In this document: positions 9,790 to 19,600 of the stretch, piece by piece | Position numbering within the stretch: position 1 is the first letter of the stretch | Layout: every line of letters starts with the position of its first letter | Assembly: GCA_024276655.1 (NCBI GenBank) | Contig: JAJRWU010000135.1 | Span: 1-37,719 of the forward strand | Length of the DNA stretch: 37,719 bases | Reading direction: 5' to 3' | Origin: Planctomycetota bacterium | Lineage (GTDB): Bacteria > Planctomycetota > Planctomycetia > Pirellulales > Pirellulaceae | Program-made: the position numbers and the translations under genes | Notes under the pieces: generated by a model | Database searches by the model: none | The model's input: only the letters and a program-made list of their open reading frames with translations | What the model was told of the DNA's origin: nothing

Positions 9790-10128
9790 ATGGCCCAACC
9801 TTTTCATGAACAACTGGAACAGCTTGTCCAACGGCATTTGCCGGCAGAGGCGAATTTGGAGTGCCAGCACTTTTTTAGCGGCGCCGCGATGTACGCCGGC
9901 GGCGTCATCTGCGTTTCGCTCACGCCCGTTGGTTTGGCCTTCAAACTACCCGAAGCAATGTGTGCGAAACTCATCGCAGCGGGAGGGGCGGCGCCTTTGA
10001 AATACTTCCCGAAGGCGCCCATCAAAAAGGGGTACGCGCTCTTTGCCAACTGGGAAGAATTGACAAAAACCAAAACCACGAAGTGCTTCCAGCAAGCAGT
10101 GGCGTTTGCGACGCTGAAAAGCGACTGA
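9790..10128 (+). CDS. TfoX N-terminal-domain-like small protein
   Basis: The FFSGAAMYAGGVICVSLTPVGLAFKL segment resembles the TfoX_N core (FGG..Y..G..FA......L.K). Confidence 0.4.
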   Translation: MAQPFHEQLEQLVQRHLPAEANLECQHFFSGAAMYAGGVICVSLTPVGLAFKLPEAMCAKLIAAGGAAPLKYFPKAPIKKGYALFANWEELTKTKTTKCFQQAVAFATLKSD

Positions 10129-10130
10129 AA

Positions 10131-10886
10131 TCATTTTCCAGCCGCCGATTGAACCGGCTTGCGTTTGGTGAACGGCAACAGCATGGGCGTTGTCTGGCGG
10201 TACTGCTCATACGATTCCCCATGCTGCAAGACAAGCTCCCGTTCTTCCAAACGCACGCCAATGAAAATATAAACCGTTGTCACGGCGGCGAAGAGCAAAT
10301 GGCCGACCGTCATATTCGGCGTGGCCCAAAAGGCGATGATGAATCCCAGCATCAAAGGGTGTCGCACCAATCGATAGAGCAGCGGGGTTTGGAAGGGCGC
10401 CGTGGAGGGCTCCTTACCCAGCAGATGCAAAACGACCTGCCGCAAACCGAACAGCTCGAAATGGTCAATGAGAAAGGTGGAATAGAGCACCAAGCCGAAT
10501 CCTGCCGCGAACAACACATGGAAAACGGCGCGGATTCCAGGCGCCTCAACATTCCAAACCGTCGCGGGAATGGGCCGCCATTGCCAATACAACAACGCCA
10601 GAATGGCGGAGGTCAACAATACAAACGTGCTGCGCTCCACAACGGCGGGGATGACGCGAGTCCACCATTGTTTGAACTCGCGCCGGGCCATAATGGTGTG
10701 TTGCACGGCGAAGAGCGCCAACAAAGCCATGTTGACGGCAACCGCCATGGCGAGCGGCGTTTTCGGGCCGGAGTTAATCGTTTTGGGAACGATAAAACCG
10801 CCGAGGAATCCGATCACATACAAAAACACCGCTAGGAAAAACACGTACGCAAAAAGTCCATAAGCAAATGCAGCCAGTCGATTCAT
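10131..10886 (-). CDS. Membrane methyltransferase of the ICMT/PEMT/NnrU family
   Basis: Multi-TM protein with the C-terminal hallmark RHPLMLGFIIAFWATP...GVRLEERELVLQHGESYEQY. ATG at 10886 with a perfect GAGGAG RBS; the ORF-track start at 10979 is upstream of the first TM. Confidence 0.7.
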   Translation of the reverse strand: MNRLAAFAYGLFAYVFFLAVFLYVIGFLGGFIVPKTINSGPKTPLAMAVAVNMALLALFAVQHTIMARREFKQWWTRVIPAVVERSTFVLLTSAILALLYWQWRPIPATVWNVEAPGIRAVFHVLFAAGFGLVLYSTFLIDHFELFGLRQVVLHLLGKEPSTAPFQTPLLYRLVRHPLMLGFIIAFWATPNMTVGHLLFAAVTTVYIFIGVRLEERELVLQHGESYEQYRQTTPMLLPFTKRKPVQSAAGK

Positions 10887-10983
10887 CGCAAACTCCTCAG
10901 GGCATGATCCCTCTGCTCTGTTGTTTATACACAAATGCCCAGAGGCAATGCACGATGGCATTGGAAGGCCATCGTACAATTTA

Positions 10984-11014
10984 GAAGCCCGGCTTTTTGA
11001 AAAAGCCGGGCTTC
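10984..11014. terminator. Palindromic hairpin terminator, family copy 1
   Basis: GAAGCCCGGCTTTTTGAAAAAGCCGGGCTTC is a perfect palindrome, downstream of the minus-strand gene 11069..11572. Confidence 0.6.
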
Positions 11015-11068
11015 TCGCGCGGCCAATTCAGGGTTCAATCGATCCACGCTCTCCACGGCCAAGAATAA

Positions 11069-11572
11069 CTATTGCTCCGATTTGCTCTGTGCGGGCGGCG
11101 GCTTCTTCTCTTCCGTGGACGATTTCTTTTTGGTTTCGGGTTTCGCGGCCGGCCAACGCAGGAATTGCCATCCGGATGACGGAATGAGTCGGGAATCGAT
11201 CGGTATCAAACGCCCGTCGTTGTTCTGGTCGTAGGCCATGATGCCCGAAAGCCGAACGTCCGCGTCGTGTCCGAGAACGAGAACTTTTTGATCTTTTTTG
11301 CGAACCAGCAAGATAGCACCGCCGCCATCGCCCGACTGGAGCGTCACGGCCCGCTTGCCGTCGCTATCGAATAGCTCCAAAATGCCGCCCCCGACCATGC
11401 TTTCACCCAGCACGAACCGGGGTTTTTCAAACGGCGTCTGCACGACCAATTCCCGACAAACAACGCGTTGGAACGTCGACTGACCGTTGGCGGCGTCCCA
11501 TTTGGTTTTGATTCCCAGGGAAAGCGAAAAAAACAATAGCGGATATAATATCCAACGCTCACGATCCGACAT
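11069..11572 (-). CDS. Hypothetical signal-anchored protein
   Basis: ORF with an N-terminal hydrophobic segment and a Lys/Pro-rich C-terminus. No known motifs. Confidence 0.45.
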   Translation of the reverse strand: MSDRERWILYPLLFFSLSLGIKTKWDAANGQSTFQRVVCRELVVQTPFEKPRFVLGESMVGGGILELFDSDGKRAVTLQSGDGGGAILLVRKKDQKVLVLGHDADVRLSGIMAYDQNNDGRLIPIDSRLIPSSGWQFLRWPAAKPETKKKSSTEEKKPPPAQSKSEQ

Positions 11573-11861
11573 AACGCTAACACTCCCAGGCTGTTTCCAC
11601 CGCCGTGTATGATTTCACCAGATACAAACGCCAACAAAACTGGTTTCCGAGCGAGATGACGTTCCCGCTTCCGTGTTCGTTATATCTGCCTCCAGCGTTG
11701 CTATGCGAGCCCTGGCTTGAGGATTTTGGTTCGGAAACCGGCCGCGCCGCCGAAATATGGGAATAGAGCACGGCTGAGGCCAATACTCTCGACCCCAGCA
11801 CGAAGTGTTGCACAGACAAGCCCAACAGCCTGGCCCGAATTCGCCCTCATCGCAAAAAACA

Positions 11862-12533
11862 ATGGAAGACCACATCCCCCGTCTGGGCGAACCCGAGCCA
11901 TTGCCTGAACGCCGCAGATGGCGGTGGCGTTTCAGCTTACGCACGCTCTTCGCGATGGCTTTGATTGCGGGCGCGGCGCTCGGCTGGTTGGGCGTTCGCT
12001 ACGAGCGCGCTCGGCGCACCTCACAGTTGGTTGAAGAGCTAACGCGGCTCGGCGCCACGGTCAGATTCGGCGACGGCGAAGTGGTGCAAGTATCGTTTTC
12101 GGGAACGGGATATCGAGCCGACGCCCTGGCGAAACTCGCTGCGTTTCCCCGCCTCAAAAGGTTGGTCTTCCTCGACACCGCACTCGACGACAAAGCGTTC
12201 GCACAGGTGGCCGCCTGCACGCAACTCGAAGAACTTTTAGTCATGGACGCAAACCTCTCCGACAACGCAGCGGTGCTTCTCCGCCGCCTCAACAACCTCA
12301 CCGTACTCTGGCTCAACGCGACCAACATCTCGGACGCCGGCCTGCAAAATCTGCAAGGCTTGAAAAAATTGCGGCGTCTGGATCTCATCGACGCGCACAT
12401 CACCGATGCGGGCTTGCCGGCGTTGGCTGAGTTGCCTCTTTTGGAAAAGCTCTATTTGCGGGGTTCTCAAGTGACGGCCGAAGGCGTCAACACGCTGCAG
12501 CAGGCCAATCCCGAATTGAAAATCGATTGGTGA
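11862..12533 (+). CDS. Membrane-anchored leucine-rich-repeat protein
   Basis: Arg-rich N-terminus, then a TM segment (RRRWRWRFSLRTLFAMALIAGAALGWL), then LRR units (L..L.L..T.ITDAGL). Start at the ATG at 11862. Confidence 0.65.
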   Translation: MEDHIPRLGEPEPLPERRRWRWRFSLRTLFAMALIAGAALGWLGVRYERARRTSQLVEELTRLGATVRFGDGEVVQVSFSGTGYRADALAKLAAFPRLKRLVFLDTALDDKAFAQVAACTQLEELLVMDANLSDNAAVLLRRLNNLTVLWLNATNISDAGLQNLQGLKKLRRLDLIDAHITDAGLPALAELPLLEKLYLRGSQVTAEGVNTLQQANPELKIDW

Positions 12534-12743
12534 GCCGCGCCGCAAAGGATCTTCCCGCCGCTTGTCCAACACGCCGCCGCCCGCGGCTTGCCGTCAAACG
12601 AGCCATCGGCAACGAATGCATATCGCCGCGCCGCCAACTATTATGAAGTTTTAATGAAGAATTCCGCTGTTGGCCTCTTTCGACTGGGAAGCAAGCACAC
12701 TTCGAGTGATAATTGGGAGCTATCCTTATATAAACGGCGTTAC

Positions 12744-12866
12744 CTAAGCATCGAGCGGAAAGTTAGTGTCGTGGCCATGCTCGCCAGAGATATGGTTCAC
12801 CGCTCACCCACCGTCTGGCGACGATGGCTACACAAATGCGACAGTTATTTATCGAGCGGTGCTAAG
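12744..12866 (+). mobile_element. ~125-bp hairpin repeat element, copy 1, in the 5' leader of the alkaline phosphatase gene
   Basis: Near-identical to 22687-22812 and to the reverse complement of 14641-14767. Subterminal direct repeats ATCGAGCGG, a long central imperfect hairpin (GTGGCCATGCTCGCCAGAG...GTCTGGCGACGATGGCTAC), and 5-bp CTAAG direct repeats on both flanks. Confidence 0.7.
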
Positions 12867-12920
12867 GTTTCGCCCGTTTGTTTTCTCACCGCTTCCCTAT
12901 CATCCAACTTCGAAAGCACA

Positions 12921-14630
12921 ATGCATCGATCTCTCCACGCCGCCTGCTGCATGGCGATTCTCGTCGGTTCGTTGTTTTCCCCGTCTTCGGTTTTGGCGGG
13001 CGAGCCGGATCGCATCCGCGAGATTCAAACCGCCGCCGTGTTGCAAGGCGTCAGCCCGATCGCGCATTGGGGCGCCGACCCGGCGAAGTACACGGCTTGG
13101 GGTTCGCATTCGAATCGTTTGATTCCCGTTTATACCTTCGGCACGCGGGGCGGCGGCGGCGGTGTGGATTTGAAAAGTTACCTGGGCCGAAACAGCGCGT
13201 ACCGCAGCCAAAAGGCACTGGAAAAAATCTATGGCAAGCTTCCTTCGCATACGCTGAATCCTGAAGCCGACTACGGCGATCAAACCAATCTGGCCGACTT
13301 GCAACGGGCCGCCGTGGCGGCGGGCAAAAAGCACGTTTTTCTGGTCGTGTTCGATGGGATGGATTGGCAAACCACGCGCGCCGCGGCGATCTACGCAACG
13401 GGCCGCATCGGCTACCACGCGGGTCGCGGCGTCGGTTTGCACATCCAGAATTACAGCGCCGATGGAACCTCGCAATTCGGTTTTGTCGTTACCTCGCCGC
13501 AGTTGAGCGGCGTTAAATCCGACCCCGACAAACAAGTGTTGCTCAACCCCGGCAGCGGCGCCCCAGGCGGTTACAACGCTAAAAAAGCCGGCCCCAATCC
13601 CTGGACGCCCGGCAACGACGTCTACTACTTGATCGGCCGAAATGCGGAAAATACCCAACCGGGCGAGCATGTGTATGCCGACTCGGCGGGCACGGCCACT
13701 GCGTTGTGTACGGGCGTAAAAACGTACAACGGTGCGATTTGCGTGGCGGCCAACGGAGAGAAAACACCGGCCATTGCTCATGGCTTACAAAGCCAGGGTT
13801 GGGCGGTCGGCGCCATTTCCAGCGTGCCGATCAGTCATGCGACGCCAGCCGCTTCCTACGCACAGGACGTCAGCCGACACGACTACCAAGACCTCACCCG
13901 CGACATGCTCGGCTTGGCTTCGGCTTCCCACCCGGAGCATCCGCTGCCGGGGCTCGACGTGCTCATTGGCGGCGGCTGGGGCGTCGACAAGAAAACCGAT
14001 CCTGGCCAGGGCGGCAACTTTATTCCCGGCAATCGTTACATAACCCAGGTCGATTCGCGGGCGGTCGATGCACGGGTCGGCGGAAAGTACGTGGTGGTGC
14101 AGCGCGAGCCAGAGCGAAATGGCGCCAACGCGCTCGCCAACGCGACCGCGCGAGCCGTGAAATCGGACAGCCGACTCTTGGGCGTCTTTGGCGTGGCCGC
14201 GTATGGGGGGCATCTTCCTTTTCAAACAGCCAACGGCGATTACCAACCGGCGCCGGGGCGGAGCAAAAAAGCCGAAGAGTATTCGCCCGCCGATATCGCG
14301 GAAAACCCCACGTTGGCTCAAATGACGACCGCCGCAATTACTGTTTTGAACCACCGAGCGAAGCAGCGGAAATCGAATAAGTTCTGGTTGATGGTCGAAG
14401 CCGGCGATGTCGATTGGGCCAATCACGACAACAACCTCGACAACTCCATCGGCGCCGTGCTCAGCGGCGACGCCGCCGTGCGCGTGATCACGGACTGGGT
14501 GGAAGCGAATAGCAATTGGCATGACTCACTGCTCATCGTCACGGCCGATCATGGTCATTTCCTCCATCTTCTCGACCCCGCCGCGCTGGCCACCGCCTCG
14601 CCCGAAGCCAAAAAAACCGCGGCAAAGTAG
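12921..14630 (+). CDS. phoA: Secreted alkaline phosphatase (PhoA family)
   Basis: Signal peptide from the ATG at 12921. Motifs FLVVFDGMDW, DSAGTATAL (active-site Ser) and TADHGH. The ORF-track start at 12588 runs through the repeat element and is unlikely. Confidence 0.8.
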   Translation: MHRSLHAACCMAILVGSLFSPSSVLAGEPDRIREIQTAAVLQGVSPIAHWGADPAKYTAWGSHSNRLIPVYTFGTRGGGGGVDLKSYLGRNSAYRSQKALEKIYGKLPSHTLNPEADYGDQTNLADLQRAAVAAGKKHVFLVVFDGMDWQTTRAAAIYATGRIGYHAGRGVGLHIQNYSADGTSQFGFVVTSPQLSGVKSDPDKQVLLNPGSGAPGGYNAKKAGPNPWTPGNDVYYLIGRNAENTQPGEHVYADSAGTATALCTGVKTYNGAICVAANGEKTPAIAHGLQSQGWAVGAISSVPISHATPAASYAQDVSRHDYQDLTRDMLGLASASHPEHPLPGLDVLIGGGWGVDKKTDPGQGGNFIPGNRYITQVDSRAVDARVGGKYVVVQREPERNGANALANATARAVKSDSRLLGVFGVAAYGGHLPFQTANGDYQPAPGRSKKAEEYSPADIAENPTLAQMTTAAITVLNHRAKQRKSNKFWLMVEAGDVDWANHDNNLDNSIGAVLSGDAAVRVITDWVEANSNWHDSLLIVTADHGHFLHLLDPAALATASPEAKKTAAK

Positions 14631-14640
14631 TCCTGACCCG

Positions 14641-14767
14641 CTAAGTACCGCTCGATAAATAACGGTCGCATTTGTGTAGCCATCGTCGCCAGACGGTGGG
14701 TGAGCGGTGAACCATCCCACGCTCTGGCGAGCATGGCTACGACACTTATTTTCCGCTCGATGCTAAG
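14641..14767 (-). mobile_element. ~125-bp hairpin repeat element, copy 2, inverted, 10 bp downstream of the phoA stop
   Basis: Reverse complement matches copies 1 and 3. Flanked by CTTAG on both sides. Confidence 0.7.
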
Positions 14768-14895
14768 AGTCTATCCGGAAATTGGTCTGGCGGTAAATCG
14801 TTGATTTCACGAGACTTGGCGTTGTTTGTCCTCTGCGCCCGCAAAGGAATGCGTGATATCCGGATCCCGTCCGTCTCGAAAAATGTACTACCGAT

Positions 14896-15228
14896 TTGAC
14901 CGAACAGCAGTGGTCGTTGATTCAGGCCTTGTTGCCCTCGCCAAAGAATCGCCAAGGAGGACGGCCCCGCACCGTTGCGATGCGGGAAGTCGTCAACGCA
15001 ATCATGTATCTCAATCGCACAGGCTGCCAGTGGGACATGCCGCCTCACGATTTGCGCCCTAAAATAAAAGTACTGTCTACGATTACTTCGCACAGTGTGG
15101 CGCGACGACGGAACCAGGACCGCCATTGTCACGGCGCTTCGCGAGCAGATTCGCGTTCAGGAAGGTCGCCTATCGACCCCCAGCGCCGCCTGCATCGACA
15201 GCCAATCCATCAAGACCACCGGCTAATG
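14896..15228 (+). pseudogene. IS5-family (DUF4096 N-terminal type) transposase remnant, frameshifted and truncated
   Basis: MTEQQWSLIQALLPSPKNRQGGRPRTVAMREVVNAIMYLNRTGCQWDMPPHDL matches the IS5/IS4-family transposase N-terminus. Two frameshifts are needed to read TVYDYF and WRDDGT...SAACIDSQSIKTTG. The DDE domain is absent. It ends abutting a copy of the TIR-type repeat. Confidence 0.7.
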
Positions 15229-15253
15229 GCTGGCAAGCCTCCGGCTTGGCGGG
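15214..15253 (+). repeat. Family-2 repeat end (GACCACCGGCTAATGGCTGGCAAGCCTCCGGCTTGGCGGG) at the transposase remnant
   Basis: Homologous to the inverted ends of the element at 33233-33435, to 20085-20151 (reverse complement) and to 166-191. The homology continues about 45 bp further, shared with rc 20030-20084. Confidence 0.6.
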
Positions 15254-15285
15254 AATTTCAACACACCATTGCACGGAATATCTCT

Positions 15286-15341
15286 TGGACAGCGCCTAAC
15301 TGGACAGCTCCTAACTGGACAGCTCCTAACTGGACAGCGCC
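15286..15341. repeat. 15-bp tandem repeat TGGACAGCKCCTAAC, about 3.7 copies
   Basis: Seen directly. Encodes the NWTAPNWTAPNWTAP run in a spurious ORF. Confidence 0.8.
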
Positions 15342-15429
15342 AGGTTCTCCGTTTTTCAGATATGTTGTGGTCCAGTTTGACGTGCTATCACAACATGCTG
15401 TGGTTTTTCTGGAAGATGGCGCTGTTCAG

Positions 15430-15699
15430 CTAAGCCGCCAGCCGCACCGGCTTTTGTTCCTCGAACAAATTCACGGTGCGCAACATGGCGCCGTCTTCGT
15501 CGTAGAATTGCAGCAGGCCGACGTCGATCATCCACATGGCCATGAAATCGCCGCAGCGGTAGGAATGAGCGCGAACCTTGCCGCTATCGACCAGGAATGT
15601 CTCGGCGACGCCGCCGGGCATTGCCACATCGGCGCCCAATTCGAGAAAGGTGCGGGCGACAATCAGTTTCACTTCGTGAGAAAAAGGGGCGACTCTCAT
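15430..15699 (-). CDS. Hypothetical small protein (89 aa)
   Basis: ORF with an ATG start. A small palindrome GCAATATCCTTATTGC overlaps the start region. No known motif. Confidence 0.35.
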   Translation of the reverse strand: MRVAPFSHEVKLIVARTFLELGADVAMPGGVAETFLVDSGKVRAHSYRCGDFMAMWMIDVGLLQFYDEDGAMLRTVNLFEEQKPVRLAA

Positions 15700-16140
15700 T
15701 TCGCAATATCCTTATTGCATAATGGCTGGCGGCGTCCTGCCGCGAATAGCCTGGTAGTGTAGCAACAAGGCGTTTCCACACCTAGAACAGTTGTGCATCG
15801 CCTACGAGTGTTATCGTCGGTGCAACGGTCGGTCATCGCGAGAATGCGTTTGCCCGTCTCAAAACGGAGAATTGATCCATTTTCCGCGCTAAGACGGCTG
15901 AAAACCGTGTTGAACGCGAAGGATACGCAAAACAGGAGCAACAGGAAGGATTTGCGGAATTCAAAAGATAGTGCAGTTGAAGAGGATTGCCGGCCGTGCG
16001 GCATCTGTTCGGCGCGTCGCTGAAGCAGGCCGATGGCGGGATGCCGCCTCAGGCGTTATGATGTTGGCGTACCTCCGAAAGGAAGGCCGGCCAGGGTAGG
16101 CCGGCCTCTATCCCGCTCCCCCTCGAATCTCAACAGAATC

Positions 16141-16449
16141 ATGGCGCGTAAAGTCGTAAATCGAAAGGCCCTTAGGGAAGAAGCCGAAGCCGCCGAACGC
16201 GCTGAAAAAGAGGAGGGCGGCGTCAAGAAAAAGAAGAAAAAAAAGGCCAAACGAAAAAGTCGCGCCAAGGCGGCGGCGGAAGTGCGGCTCAAACTCTTCT
16301 GGGGGGTGTACAATCAGTCGCTCAAACGGGTGGCGATGTTTGAGTTTGATCAAAAAAAAGAAGCCGAAAAGAAGGCGGAAGTGCTGGGTAAATCCGGCAA
16401 GTCGCCCCACTTTGTGCAACGCGTGAAAGAAGTGATTGTGGAAGAGTAG
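16141..16449 (+). CDS. Small Lys/Glu-rich protein of unknown function
   Basis: ATG at 16141. Poly-Lys tract KKKKKKKAKRK, then a conserved-looking C-terminal domain. Followed by a terminator hairpin. Confidence 0.4.
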   Translation: MARKVVNRKALREEAEAAERAEKEEGGVKKKKKKKAKRKSRAKAAAEVRLKLFWGVYNQSLKRVAMFEFDQKKEAEKKAEVLGKSGKSPHFVQRVKEVIVEE

Positions 16450-16461
16450 CCGGGTTTGCTT

Positions 16462-16562
16462 AGAAAGTGTGGAACCATTAAATCCTGAATGGACGTTCGA
16501 GAAGCCCGGCTTTTTCAAAAAGTCGGGGTTCTGAACCGGGAAGTAGTTTTTCCACACTTTCT
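16462..16562. repeat. ~100-bp element bounded by 13-bp perfect inverted repeats (AGAAAGTGTGGAA / TTCCACACTTTCT), enclosing terminator copy 2
   Basis: Inverted repeats at 16462-16474 and 16550-16562. Hairpin GAAGCCCGGCTTTTTCAAAAAGTCGGGGTTC at 16501-16531. Confidence 0.5.
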
Positions 16563-16641
16563 TACTTGGCCAATTGGCGCGTCAATAAATAAGTCAACTT
16601 GATCGAGTGCTTGGAAGCACCTGCCATGGAAACTTGCGGCC

Positions 16642-19600
16642 ATGGAAACTCAGACGCTGCTCGAGTACCTCGATTCGTTTGCACGGGCTAAGCCCTGGCT
16701 TCAGTCTTTGGGCGTGGCCGATCTTGAGCGGGCGCACGCGAACCTCGTTTCATTCAGCCGCAGCGGCCTGACGACCGACCTTGCCGCCGTGTTGGCCGAC
16801 CAATTGGCCGAGCATTTGCCGGGCGTCAGCGATCCCGACATGGCGCTCAACAACCTGGACCGCTACCTCGCCGCGGCCCGCAATCCGCTCTCGGTGGGAG
16901 CGTTGTTTGAGCGCGACGCGGAAGCCCTGCCCACGCTGCTGCAAATTCTTTCGTCGAGCCAGTATCTGGCGGACGTTTTAGTGCGCGACCCCGCCGGCTT
17001 TGAACTGGTGCGTCTGACCGATGGCGCGCCGCTGGCCAAGCCCGTTCTGGTTGACGAACTATGCGCCGAAGTGATCATGCTCGACGACGAAGCGGCGGCG
17101 TTGTTGGCGTTGCGGCGGTTCAAACATCGGGAAACCATGCGCATCGCCTTCGGCGATATTGTCCGCCGGCAAAACATCGAAACCGTCACGCGTCAAATCT
17201 CTTATTTGGCCGAAGCGATTTGCGAGGCCGCATTGCGGTTTGTCTATAAAAAACTGGCCGCCAAGCGGGGCCAGCCTCGTTCGGACGACGGTTCTCCGGC
17301 TCGATTTGTGGTCCTCGCGTTGGGCAAGTTGGGCGGCCGTGAATTGAACTATTCCAGTGACATTGATCTGATTTTTCTCTGTGAGGAAGCCGGTTCGACC
17401 GACGGCGCGCGCCCGGTTGCCAATTCGGAGTTTTTTGAACGTTTGGCTCGCGGACTGATCAAATTGCTGTCCGAGTCGACCGAGCTTGGCGCGGCCTACC
17501 GCACCGATATGCGGCTTCGGCCCGATGGCCGCCAAGGCCCGATTGTCATCGATTGGAAAGCCGCCTTGCGGTATTACGATGTCAAGGGCCGCACCTGGGA
17601 ACGGCAGGCGTTTGTCAAGGCTCGGCCCATCGCCGGAGATTTGGAACTGGGTGAAATGTTCCTTTCGCAGTTGGAGCCCTGGGTTTATCGGCGTTATCTG
17701 AACCGGGCCGATATCACTGGAATCAAAGCGCTGAAACGCCGCATTGAAAAACGAAATCTGACCGAAGGCGGCGAGTTCACTGACGTCAAAACCGGCCAAG
17801 GCGGCATCCGAGATATCGAATTCGCGATCCAATTTCTCTTGCTGCTCAACGGCGGCGATTTACAAAAGATCCGCACCGGCAATACGCTGGAGGCCATCGA
17901 GCGTTTGGAGCAGGCCGGTTGCCTGACCATGCAAGAGCGCACGCTGCTAACGCGGAATTACGAGTTCTTGCGGCGTGTTGAACATCGTTTGCAAATCATG
18001 TTCGACCTACAAACGCACTCGCTGCCCAGCCACGCCGATGAGCTGCGCAAGATCGCCTTGCGGCTGGGAGGCGTCGATACGGAGCACACAACGGCGCTCG
18101 AGGCCTTTCAGGAAGAGTATCGTACGAAGACGGCCGAGAACCGAAAAATTCTTGATCATCTTCTGCACGACGCCTTCGGCGGAGAAGAAAAAATCGCGCA
18201 AGAGGTCGACCTAGTGCTCGACCCCGACCCGCCAGAACACATCATCCAGAAAGTGCTCGCGCCGTACGGATTCTCCGACGTGCCAGCCGCCTATGTCAAT
18301 TTGATGGCCTTGGCCGATGAGAAAATCCCCTTCCTCTCGACGCGCAGGTGCCGGCATTTCCTGGCTTCCATAGCGCCGCAGTTGCTCGAAGCGATTTCGG
18401 CTTCGCCCGATCCTGATTCCGCGCTGCTCAATCTTAGCGCCGTAAGCGATTCGGTGGGCGGCAAGGGCGTGTTGTGGGAGCTGTTCAGTTTCAACGCGCC
18501 GTCGCTGTTGCTGTACGTGCAACTCTGTGCGACCAGCCCTTATTTGTCGCACATTCTGACCAGCAACCCCGGCATGATCGACGAACTCATGGACTCGCTC
18601 GTCTTGGCGAAGTTGCCTTCCCGCGAAGCCTTGGAACGAAATTTGGCGGAGTTGTGCCAAGGCGCCGAAGATATCGAACCCATACTGCATAGCTTCAAAA
18701 GTTCTCAGCACTTGCGCGTCGGCGTGCGAGATATTCTCGGCAAGGACGATGTACAAACGGCGCATCAAACGTTGTCCGATATCGCCCAAGTCTGTTTGGC
18801 GCAAGTCGCGCGTATCGAATACGAGAAACTCACAACTCGGTTCGGGCGCCCCATGCTCGAAGGCGGCCACGATCCCTGCGAGTTGATCATTCTCGCCATG
18901 GGGAAGCTGGGCGGACGCGAACCCAATTATCATAGCGATCTGGATGTTGTCTTTCTGTACGAGGCGGAAGGACAAACGCAACCGCTCGGCGCCCAACGCG
19001 CCGACCGTATCACCACCAACCAGCATTTCTTCAGCCAACTGGCTCAGAAAATCACCAAGGTGATTACCAAACGCGGGCCCTATGGACGCCTCTACGAACT
19101 CGACGCACGGCTACGCCCGACCGGAAAAAGCGGCGCCTTGGCGGTTTCGTTACCCGAATTCTCCCGCTATTTTTCCGATCGCCGCGGACAACTCTGGGAG
19201 CGGCAGGCGCTTTGCAAGGCGCGCGTGGTTTATGGCTCGGCGAACGTGCAAGCGATCACCATGCAAGCGGTGCGGCAGGCCATCACCACGCAACCCTGGA
19301 CCGACGCCTGTCGCCAAAAAATCCACGACATGCGCATGCGGTTGGAGGAAACCGCCGCGCGGGGAAACTTGAAACGCGGCCGGGGCGGAACGGTCGATAT
19401 CGAATTCATCGTGCAAATGCTGCAACTCAAGTACGCTCGGCAATCGCCGGAGGTGCTCCAACCGGGAACGCTCGCGGCGCTCGACCAACTGCTGAAGGCG
19501 AACCATATTAGCGCCGATGATCACGAATACCTCCGCAAGGCGTATCGGTTTTTGCGGAGTGTTGAAGCGCGGCTGCGTTTGATGGACACCTCCGCCCGGC

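Noticed and set aside
12588-12920. N-terminal 111-codon extension of the alkaline phosphatase ORF (680-aa version)
   Set aside because: The extension reads through the 125-bp repeat element and precedes a clear signal peptide that begins at the internal ATG at 12921. The shorter start is more plausible.
13706-14522. Large antisense or overlapping ORFs inside phoA (224 aa +, 245 aa -, 293 aa -) and similar ones inside glnE (17059..17832 -, 18211..19038 -) and the Gly/Arg-rich gene (4648..5163 +)
   Set aside because: These are the expected long spurious open frames of high-GC DNA. They have Arg/Gly/Pro-rich composition and no motifs, and they overlap genes with strong domain evidence.
12766-14720. 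Short ORFs that encode the ...FTAHPPSGDDGYTNATVIYRAVL peptide at each of the three copies of the 125-bp element (12766.., 14526..14720, 22734..)
   Set aside because: The shared peptide is a by-product of the repeated DNA. The frames differ in length and context at each copy, and the element has hairpin/MITE-like architecture rather than coding constraint.
15286-15341. Possible CRISPR array suggested by 15-bp tandem repeats (also 30735-30771)
   Set aside because: The repeats are contiguous without spacers, far too short, and only 2-4 copies. They are simple tandem repeats.
16626-16660. Alternative upstream ATG for glnE at the duplicated CATGGAAACT
   Set aside because: The ATG at 16626 is in a different frame and terminates after about 20 codons. 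The 16642 start is in frame with the GlnE domains.
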